From Alphaproteobacteria bacterium (GTDB lineage: Bacteria; Pseudomonadota; Alphaproteobacteria; JALCBB01): a stretch of DNA of 39,759 bases. Below, in pieces: positions 1 to 7,096 of this stretch (position 1 is the stretch's first letter; each line of letters starts with the position of its first letter). Under the pieces are notes generated by a model. That model was not told the origin of the DNA and ran no database searches. It was given only the letters and a program-made list of their open reading frames with translations. The translations under genes were made by a program, and so were the position numbers. Location of the stretch: the NCBI GenBank assembly GCA_028066985.1, contig JALCBB010000003.1, positions 1 to 39,759 on the forward strand. The letters run 5' to 3'.

Positions 1-157
1 TGCGGGCTAGCCCGCACCCATTAGTTGGCATCGCTCGCTTGAGCCAACATCGTGACTGTCTTAGTCAAACGCCCACTAATGCCAGGTGCTGACCTTCGTT
101 GTCTCTTAATTAAAAACTCCCACTAATGCCAGGGGCGGTTCGTCGTTGTCTCTTTAA
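1..157. repeat. Composite palindromic intergenic element, copy E1 (right arm only; the rest lies outside the window)
   Basis: GC hairpin GCGGGCTAGCCCGC at 2-15, then an arm ending CCCACTAATGCCAG, then outer motif CCTTCGTTGTCTCTTAATTAA at 93-113. A second partial module (CCCACTAATGCCAG + TTCGTCGTTGTCTCTTTAATTA) runs into the stop codon of the 158-721 gene. The same modules recur at 7 other sites. Confidence 0.85.
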
Positions 158-721
158 TTAGAGGTTCTGACGCTCGCGATCAGCAATGTCGCGCAGCACC
201 ACCTCCCGCGCCTCCAAAACCTTCAGCAAAACAAGGTTTTTCGCATTGTCATCACCGTGCCGCCACTCCCTCCGCTCCGGATGCGCCGACGCCCGCAACA
301 ACTCCTCCGCACGCGAACGAACCTCATCCGCCGTCGCCGTCGCACCCAGTCCTAAAACTCGGCGCGCCTCCCGCAACGACATCACCGTCGCATCCGCCCG
401 TCGCGCCGCGCTCCGCGCCCGCCCCCCAGGACTCAAACGATAACGCAACAAATGAAAAATCTGGTACGCCACCACCCAAAACAAATTCCGCGGCGACAAC
501 CGAACCACTAAATGAAATAAACGCGCCAAAAACGGCAGCGAAAGCAAACTCCACAACTTCTGCCCCGCCAGCAACAACACCAAACCCGCCACCACACCCA
601 AAACAGGCACCACCCACGGCGACATCCGCACTCCCGCCGCGTGTCGTCGAGCAATCCCGCGCGACAACAACGCAAGTCCGATAATTAAGACCACCGCCGA
701 AAACGCGATCACAAAAGCCAT
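158..721 (-). CDS. Membrane protein with a C-terminal J-domain-like segment (HPE instead of HPD)
   Basis: The N-terminal half is hydrophobic with several predicted TM helices. The C-terminus reads SLREARRVLGLGATATADEVRSRAEELLRASAHPER, which fits the J-domain helix I-II pattern but has HPE at the HPD position. Confidence 0.5.
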   Translation of the reverse strand: MAFVIAFSAVVLIIGLALLSRGIARRHAAGVRMSPWVVPVLGVVAGLVLLLAGQKLWSLLSLPFLARLFHLVVRLSPRNLFWVVAYQIFHLLRYRLSPGGRARSAARRADATVMSLREARRVLGLGATATADEVRSRAEELLRASAHPERREWRHGDDNAKNLVLLKVLEAREVVLRDIADRERQNL

Positions 722-734
722 GCCTCAGTCCCCC

Positions 735-2786
735 CTAATCCCTCAATGAATCATGAATCTGTCGCGCCAGACCCGCGCTGATCCCGCCAACCCGCGTCAA
801 GTCCTTCACCGACGCCCGCGAAATCGCCCGCACATCCCCGAAATGATGCAGCAAAGCATGACGCCGCTTCACACCAACACCAGGAATGTCGTCAAGACGC
901 GAACGCAACTGCGCCTTCGCGCGTCCGCGGCGATGCGAACTCACCGCGAAACGATGCGCCTCGTCACGCAAACGCTGAATGTAATGCAGCACCGGCACAT
1001 TCTCAGACAAGTCCAGAGGCGCGTCGCGTCCGACAACAAAAACACGGTCAAACTTCGGATCGCGGCCAGGTCCCTTCGCAATCGCCAGCAACGCGGGACC
1101 TTCAATGTCGCCGCCGCCGTCACCGTCGCTGTCGCCGTCACCGCCGCCGAGAACCTCGCGCGCAACCGCAAGTTGATTCCTGCCGCCGTCAATCACCCAG
1201 AGATCGGGACGGTCACTGTCTCCGTCGCGAATGTGCGCCAGCCGCCGCGTCAAAACCTCGCGCATCATCGCAAGATCATCCTCCGAACTCGCCGCCGACT
1301 GAATGCGAAACTTGCGATAGTCGCGGCGCCGAAAGCCGTCGGCGGTCGCCACCACCATCGCGCCATACGGAAAACTGCCGCGCAGATGACTGTTGTCAAA
1401 CACCTCAACACGCTCAATCGCGCCGTCAAGCCCGAGAATGTCGGCGAGCGCGCGCAGAAACTCCTCGCTGTTCTCGCCCGCAAGACGCCGCGTCAGCGCC
1501 GCCGCAGCGTTGTGAACCGCATGCTCCATCGCGCGCCGCTTCGCCCCGCGCTCGGGAACACGCACGCGCACCGCATGTCCCGCGCGTTGCGACAGCGCCT
1601 CGGCAAGCAGCGCGGCATCGTCAGGCTCGGCGTTCGTCAGAACCAAAGGCGGAGGCGGCGCCTTCGCGTAAAATAACGCGACAAAATCAGCGAGAATGCG
1701 TCCCTCGGACAACTCGTCGCAGCCGCTCGGAAAAAACGCGCGGTTGCCGTAGTTACGTCCGCCGCGAAAGAAAAAAACCTGAATGCAGGTGCGCGTCCCG
1801 TTCTGCGCGCACGCGAACAAGTCAGCGTCATCGCCCTGACTCAAATTCACCGCCTGATCCGCCGTGATCGCCGCAAGCGCGCGCAATCTGTCGCGCAGAC
1901 GCGCCGCCGTCTCAAAATCCTGCGCGTCGCTCGCGCGTCGCATGTCGCGCGTCAACCGCTCGCGGATAAGCGCGTCGCTGCCGGCAAGCGTCTGACGAGT
2001 CTGGCGCACAAGTCCGTCGTAATCTTCGCGCGTAATCTTGCCGACGCACGGCGCCGAACAACGCTTGAGGTCATACAAAAGACACGGACGCGAGCGCGCG
2101 CTGAAAACACTGTCCGAGCAACTGCGAAGCAAAAACGCGCGCTCAAGCGCCGCGAGCGAATTGCGCACCGCGCCGACTCCCGCGAACGGGCCGAAGTAAT
2201 GGCCGGGCGCCGTATGCGCTCCGCGGTGCCGCATCAGGCGCGGAAAGTCATGCCCCGTCGCTATCAAAATGTACGGATACGACTTGTCATCGCGCAGCAG
2301 AACATTGAACTTCGGCTCAAGACGCTTGATGAGATTCGTCTCAAGAAGCAGCGCGTGGATCTCGGTCTCGGTCTCAATGATCTCAACATAGCGCACGAGC
2401 GAAATCATCCGCGCGATGCGGTTGGTCTGCTTGTCAGGACGCGCATACGCCGCCACACGCTTGCGTAAATTCTTCGCCATGCCGATGTAAATGGCGTTTT
2501 CGCCGGCGTCAAGCATACGATAGCAGCCGGGGGCGTCGGGCAGATTTTTCAGCGTCTGCAAAATCACATTGACGCCGTTCTTGAGAGAGGGCGCGGCGGA
2601 GTCGCGGGGCGTCCCGGCGGCGAGCGCGTTGGCGCGCGCCTCTCTGAGTTCGCCGCCGTCGCCGGGCAGGCGGATGTCAAGCGCCGCGCCGTACGAGGCG
2701 AGTTCGCTCTTCGGGCGGGGCGCGCGCTTTCCGCCGAGACTGGGTTCGGTTTTGCGACTGGTCATGGTGTGGTAGGATGCCTCCAT
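735..2786 (-). CDS. uvrC: Excinuclease ABC subunit C (UvrC)
   Basis: GIY-YIG motif (GCYRMLD..IYIGMAKNLRKRVAAY), UVR domain (DFETAARLRDRLRAL), IDGGRNQL endonuclease region and C-terminal (HhH)2 (IPGVGVKRRHALL...GGISAGLARQI). An alternative ATG at 2765 is possible. Confidence 0.95.
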   Translation of the reverse strand: MEASYHTMTSRKTEPSLGGKRAPRPKSELASYGAALDIRLPGDGGELREARANALAAGTPRDSAAPSLKNGVNVILQTLKNLPDAPGCYRMLDAGENAIYIGMAKNLRKRVAAYARPDKQTNRIARMISLVRYVEIIETETEIHALLLETNLIKRLEPKFNVLLRDDKSYPYILIATGHDFPRLMRHRGAHTAPGHYFGPFAGVGAVRNSLAALERAFLLRSCSDSVFSARSRPCLLYDLKRCSAPCVGKITREDYDGLVRQTRQTLAGSDALIRERLTRDMRRASDAQDFETAARLRDRLRALAAITADQAVNLSQGDDADLFACAQNGTRTCIQVFFFRGGRNYGNRAFFPSGCDELSEGRILADFVALFYAKAPPPPLVLTNAEPDDAALLAEALSQRAGHAVRVRVPERGAKRRAMEHAVHNAAAALTRRLAGENSEEFLRALADILGLDGAIERVEVFDNSHLRGSFPYGAMVVATADGFRRRDYRKFRIQSAASSEDDLAMMREVLTRRLAHIRDGDSDRPDLWVIDGGRNQLAVAREVLGGGDGDSDGDGGGDIEGPALLAIAKGPGRDPKFDRVFVVGRDAPLDLSENVPVLHYIQRLRDEAHRFAVSSHRRGRAKAQLRSRLDDIPGVGVKRRHALLHHFGDVRAISRASVKDLTRVGGISAGLARQIHDSLRD

Positions 2787-2820
2787 TGTAGCACGACAGG
2801 AGCCGACACAGGAGCCGACA

Positions 2821-3192
2821 ATGGCGAAGCAAAAACGCGTGACGCAGTGTCCGGAGTGTCATGCGCCGGTGGCGCATCGGCGCGCGCTGACCTGCGGCAA
2901 GTGCGCGGCGCAGTTGTATTATCCGAAGCGCAGTTTGGTGGGCTGGGTGTTCGTGTGGCTGTTCTTCGCGTTCAACGGCTACATGCTGGTGCGGCTCTAC
3001 TTCACGGGACTGGGTTTGTTTCGGACATACTCGACGGTGGCGTCTCCGACGGGCGCGGCGGGGACGGCGGGCGCGGGCTTCACGGTTTCAACGACGGCGG
3101 CGACGGTGGTGAGTCTGTTTTTTGAGTGGTTCATCGGATTTTTCTTCATCGGAATCCTGGTATTGATGACGAAGCCGCGTGTGCGGCTGTGA
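2821..3192 (+). CDS. Small zinc-ribbon membrane protein (hypothetical)
   Basis: CPECHAPV...CGKC zinc-ribbon followed by two hydrophobic segments. AGGAG lies 7 nt upstream of the ATG. Divergent from uvrC. Confidence 0.45.
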   Translation: MAKQKRVTQCPECHAPVAHRRALTCGKCAAQLYYPKRSLVGWVFVWLFFAFNGYMLVRLYFTGLGLFRTYSTVASPTGAAGTAGAGFTVSTTAATVVSLFFEWFIGFFFIGILVLMTKPRVRL

Positions 3193-3204
3193 TTATGTTT
3201 CGCG

Positions 3205-3960
3205 TTGCGGCTGACGGCGATGCCTGACCTGTTGCTGCTGCTGCTTTGCGTTCCGATTTTTTTGTTGAGCGGACTCGTCAAAGGCACGGTCGGCATGGGA
3301 CAGCCCGCGACGGCGATCGGTCTGCTGACATTTTTTGTTCCGCTGGACGAGGCGGTGGTGATTGTGCTGGTTCCCGGACTGATTACGAACGCGATTCAGA
3401 CCTTTAAAGGTCCGCCTGTGTGGGGGATGCTGCGACGGCTGCGGATTTTTTTCGTGATGAATGTTGTGTTCGCGTGGATTGGCGTGAAGATTCTGGCGAC
3501 GGGGGAGATCATGGCGTTGACGGCGGTGCTGGGGGTGCTGTTGATATTGCATGCGGGCGGGATGTGGGTGACGAACTGGCGGGTGATATCGCGGCGAGCG
3601 GAGCGGATTTTGCAGGTTCCGGTCGGATCGTTGAACGGACTTTTTGTGGGGATGACGGGCGCGACGCCGTTTCCGGGGGTTCCGTATTTGCAGTCGCTGG
3701 GGATGGAGCGCGAGGAGTTGATTCAGGCGATGGGGGCGATGTTTTTGATTGCGGCGATCACGCTTGCGTTTGGTTATGTGAGCGAGGGTTTGCTGACGCG
3801 GGAGGGGGTGACGGCGTCTGTGTTTGCGGTGGTTCCTTCTACGATTGGTTTGTACCTGGGGCAGCGGATACGGCATCGGCTGTCGCAGGAGGCGTTTCGG
3901 AAGACCTTTCTGGTGGTGTTGTTTGCGCTGGGTGTGTATATCACCGCGACAAACATTTAA
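3205..3960 (+). CDS. TauE/SafE-family (sulfite exporter-like) integral membrane protein
   Basis: About 250 aa and multi-TM, with a glycine-rich first helix (GLVKGTVGMGQP) typical of the family. The ORF opens with TTG at 3205; ATG at 3220 is a likelier start. Confidence 0.55.
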   Translation: MRLTAMPDLLLLLLCVPIFLLSGLVKGTVGMGQPATAIGLLTFFVPLDEAVVIVLVPGLITNAIQTFKGPPVWGMLRRLRIFFVMNVVFAWIGVKILATGEIMALTAVLGVLLILHAGGMWVTNWRVISRRAERILQVPVGSLNGLFVGMTGATPFPGVPYLQSLGMEREELIQAMGAMFLIAAITLAFGYVSEGLLTREGVTASVFAVVPSTIGLYLGQRIRHRLSQEAFRKTFLVVLFALGVYITATNI

Positions 3961-4230
3961 GAGACAAGCGAAGCGCGATAAATTAAAATTAAAAAGAAAA
4001 CAATTTATTTAATTGACACCATTAATTGTCTACTATTAAATTAAGAAAACAATTTATTTAATTTGACCTCTTAAATAGTCCAATTGCTTTTTAATTTTTT
4101 TTGCGGGCTAGCCCGCACCCATTAGTTGGCGTTGTTCGCTTGAGCGGCTATTGTGAATGTCTTAGTCAAACGCCCACTAATGCCAAGGGCTGTTCTTCGT
4201 CTATCTCTATTAATGTGCTACAATAATTAA
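3961..4230. repeat. Composite palindromic intergenic element, copy E2 (left arm reduced to the outer motif, full AT-rich core, full right arm)
   Basis: The TauE stop TAA is embedded in TTAAGAGACAAGCGAAG (outer motif, reverse orientation). Next comes the AT-rich core with two GAAAACAATTTATTTAATTGAC boxes, a T-run and hairpin GCGGGCTAGCCCGC (4103-4116). The arm ends CCCACTAATGCCAAG, followed by CTTCGTCTATCTCTATTAAT. Confidence 0.85.
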
Positions 4231-4830
4231 ATGAAAAGATTGACCCTCGCCATCACTATCGCCTTCGTCGTCACCATCACCGACGCCGGCGCCCAGGACA
4301 ACGAACTCCAGGAAGCCCTCAATCACATCAAAAACCAAAACTTCCACACCGCCCTCCAGCAACTCACACCACTCGCGCAAAACGGAAACCCCGCAGCACA
4401 ATACCACCTCGGCCGCATCCACCAACTCGGCTGGTCCGTCACCCCAAACATCACCACCGCCAAAATGTGGTTCCAACTCGCCGCCGAACAAAATCACCCC
4501 CTCGCCCAAATCGCCCTCGGCACCCTCCACGAAGGACTCTTCAATCACCCCCGGAACTACAGCGCCGCCGCCAACTGGTACCGCAAAGCCGCCGAACAGG
4601 GAAACCCCGAAGCACAAGCCAACCTCGCCGCGCTCTATAACCTCGGACGCGGCGTCCCCAAAAATAAAACCTACGCCTTCATGTGGTTCCACCTCGCCGC
4701 CCAGAAAAACAACGACCCGTTCTTCCGCGCCGAAAGAGATTCCGTCGCCAGAAGAATGTCGGTCGCCGCGATCTTCAGGGCGCGCAGACTCGCCGTCCGC
4801 TGCCGCGAACAAAACTACAAACAATGCTAA
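4231..4830 (+). CDS. Secreted Sel1-repeat (TPR-like) protein
   Basis: Signal peptide MKRLTLAITIAFVVTITDAGAQ. Repeated A-x-x-LG-x-x-Y/H-x-G-x-G-V-x-x-N/D-x-x-x-A-x-x-W-F/Y-x-x-AA-x-QG units. Confidence 0.8.
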   Translation: MKRLTLAITIAFVVTITDAGAQDNELQEALNHIKNQNFHTALQQLTPLAQNGNPAAQYHLGRIHQLGWSVTPNITTAKMWFQLAAEQNHPLAQIALGTLHEGLFNHPRNYSAAANWYRKAAEQGNPEAQANLAALYNLGRGVPKNKTYAFMWFHLAAQKNNDPFFRAERDSVARRMSVAAIFRARRLAVRCREQNYKQC

Positions 4831-4895
4831 AATAACAGGCGCAAACTCGGCGCCGTCAATGAAGCCCCCTGAACAAGCCTAGCCCCGACAAAACC

Positions 4896-6734
4896 ATGTG
4901 CGGAATCATCGCAATCTCGTCCGACAAACAGGTCGCCGCCGCGCTCCTCGCCGCGCTCAAGCAACTTGAATACCGCGGCTACGACTCCGCCGGACTCGCC
5001 ACCCTGGAAAAAAATAAAATCCACACCGCGCGCGCACAGGGCAAACTCGCCGCGCTCGAACAAAAACTCAAAACCCGCGCGCCGCCCGGCAGCACCGGCA
5101 TCGGACACACCCGATGGGCGACGCACGGACGGCCCTCCGAACAGAACGCGCACCCCGTCATCGCCGAGGTCGGCGGCAAAAGCGAAAACGCCGTCGCCGT
5201 CGTCCACAACGGCATCATTGAAAATCACGCGAAACTCAAACAGGAACTCGCGCGACAGAACCTCGCCTTTCACACCGACACCGACACCGAAGTCATCGCG
5301 CAACTCACGAGCCTCAACCTCGCCGCCGGACTGCCTCCGCTTGAAGCCGTCACCGAGACGCTCAAACGCCTTGAGGGCGCCTTCGCGCTCGCCTTTCTGT
5401 TTTCGCGCGACGACACTGTTATCGGCGCGCGGCGCGGCAGTCCGCTCGCCGTCGGACAGTCCGACAACACCCTCGCCCTCGGCTCCGATGTGCTTGCGCT
5501 CGCTCCGATAGCGCGGCAGATCGCGTATCTCGAGGAGGGCGATATCGTCGTTCTCTCCGGCGACACTCCGCGACTTTTCAACGCCGCCGGCGAGAACATT
5601 CAGCCGCAGTGGAAGGCGATTTCGCCGTCCAGTCTGCAGATCGGCAAGGGGCAGTATCAGCATTTTATGCAGAAGGAAATCTACGAGCAGCCCGCCGTCG
5701 TCGGCGAGACGCTTGACAGTTTTCTGGATCCGGCGCGATTGCGGGCTTCGTTTCCGGAGTTTCCGTTTGACACGGGTTCGCTGCGGAAGGTTCTTTTGTC
5801 CGCCTGCGGCACTGCTTACTATGCGACGGTCGCGGCGCAGTACTGGATAGAGGGTGTCGCCGGTCTTCCGTGTTCTGCGGAGATTGCGAGCGAGTTGCGT
5901 TATCGTGATCCGGCGCTTGGCGGCACTGACCTTGCGGTTTTCGTTTCGCAGTCCGGCGAGACGATGGACACTCTTGAGGCGGCGCGAATGGTCGCGCGCG
6001 CGGGCGTGTCGCGTCTTGCGGTGGTGAATCAGGGTGAAAGCACGCTGGCGCGGGAGTGCGAGATGTCGCTGCTGACGCGGGCGGGCGCCGAGATCGGCGT
6101 CGCATCTACGAAGGCGTTTACGACGCAACTTGCGCTGCTTGGCTGTTTCGCGCTGGAACTTGCGCGGGCGGGCGGCGTGTCGGACGAGCGGTTGCGCGCG
6201 TATGGTTCGGCGCTGATGGAGTTGCCGTCGCGTTTATACGAGGCGTTGACGCTTGACGAGCGTGTGTCGGCGATCGCGGCGGACATTTCGCGCGCGCGTC
6301 ATGCGTTGTATCTCGGACGCGGTGCGATGTATCCGCTTGCTTTGGAGGGCGCGTTGAAGTTGAAGGAGATCAGTTACATTCATGCCGAGGGGTATCCTGG
6401 CGGCGAGATGAAGCATGGTCCGCTTGCGCTTGTGGATGACGAGATGCCTGTGATTGTGCTGGCGCCGTCTGGCCCGTTGTTCGGGAAGATTGCTTCTAAC
6501 GCGGAGGAGGTGATGGCGCGCGGCGGGCGCGTGCTGTTAATTTCGGACGCGGAGGGACTGGCGAGTTTCGGCGGCGAGCCGGAGTGGGTTTTGGAGATGC
6601 CGTCTTGTGATGTATTTGTGCAGCCGATTTTGTATGCGTTGCCGGTGCAGTTGCTGGCGTACTACGCGGCGTGCCATCGCGGGACGGATGTGGATCAGCC
6701 TCGCAATCTGGCGAAATCCGTGACTGTAGAGTAG
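4896..6734 (+). CDS. glmS: Glutamine--fructose-6-phosphate aminotransferase (isomerizing)
   Basis: N-terminal MCGI nucleophile, two SIS domains (SQSGETMDT), canonical C-terminus ...NLAKSVTVE, 612 aa. Confidence 0.97.
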   Translation: MCGIIAISSDKQVAAALLAALKQLEYRGYDSAGLATLEKNKIHTARAQGKLAALEQKLKTRAPPGSTGIGHTRWATHGRPSEQNAHPVIAEVGGKSENAVAVVHNGIIENHAKLKQELARQNLAFHTDTDTEVIAQLTSLNLAAGLPPLEAVTETLKRLEGAFALAFLFSRDDTVIGARRGSPLAVGQSDNTLALGSDVLALAPIARQIAYLEEGDIVVLSGDTPRLFNAAGENIQPQWKAISPSSLQIGKGQYQHFMQKEIYEQPAVVGETLDSFLDPARLRASFPEFPFDTGSLRKVLLSACGTAYYATVAAQYWIEGVAGLPCSAEIASELRYRDPALGGTDLAVFVSQSGETMDTLEAARMVARAGVSRLAVVNQGESTLARECEMSLLTRAGAEIGVASTKAFTTQLALLGCFALELARAGGVSDERLRAYGSALMELPSRLYEALTLDERVSAIAADISRARHALYLGRGAMYPLALEGALKLKEISYIHAEGYPGGEMKHGPLALVDDEMPVIVLAPSGPLFGKIASNAEEVMARGGRVLLISDAEGLASFGGEPEWVLEMPSCDVFVQPILYALPVQLLAYYAACHRGTDVDQPRNLAKSVTVE

Positions 6735-7096
6735 CGAAGCACCACCCTTGGCATTAGTGAGAGTTAAATTTAGACATTAACAATAGCCGCTCAAGCGAAA
6801 CACACCCACTGATGCCCGCAGGCGCTGCCTGCAAAAAATTAAATTAAAAAGAAAATAATTTATTTAATTGACACCATTAATTGTCTATTAATGAAAAGGC
6901 AATTGATTTAATTGACCCCTTAAATGGTCAAATTAATTTTTTAATTTTTTTTGCGGGCTAGCCCGCACCCATTAGTTGGTGCTGTTCGCTTGAGCCAACA
7001 TTGTTAATGTCTAAATTTAACTCCCACTAATGCCAAATACCGCACTTCGTTTGTCTCTTAATTAAAGTGTCTACTAATGCTAGGGGCGGTTCGTCG
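6735..7096. repeat. Composite palindromic intergenic element, copy E3 (complete; between convergent glmS and glmU)
   Basis: Left arm: CTTGGCATTAGTGAGAGTTAAATTTAGACATTAACAAT..., hairpin GCAGGCGCTGCCTGC (6818-6832) and an A-run. AT-rich core at ~6839-6944. Right arm: T-run, hairpin GCGGGCTAGCCCGC (6953-6966), ...ATTGTTAATGTCTAAATTTAACTCCCACTAATGCCAA and outer motif CTTCGTTTGTCTCTTAATTAA (7045-7065). The outer 37 nt of the two arms are near-perfect reverse complements. Confidence 0.9.

Noticed and set aside
753-1676. Long alternative-frame and antisense ORFs throughout the native regions. Examples: 753-1676 +, 4210-4824 -, 4827-6128 -, 14550-15329 +, 15336-16298 +, 16295-17176 -, 16719-17732 -, 16867-18207 -, 31237-31974 +, 35230-36099 +, 36318-37286 +, 38316-39065 -.
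   Set aside because: They overlap genes with unambiguous catalytic motifs. Their translations are Arg/Pro/Ala/Gly-rich low-complexity strings with no recognisable motifs. Long spurious ORFs are expected in all six frames of high-GC DNA.
6818-6966. GC hairpins plus A/T runs of the elements as bidirectional intrinsic terminators.
   Set aside because: On either strand the U-run would precede rather than follow the stem (T-run-GCGGGCTAGCCCGC, and GCAGGCGCTGCCTGC-A-run). The canonical stem-then-U-tract geometry is therefore absent. Termination by the larger arm structures is not excluded.
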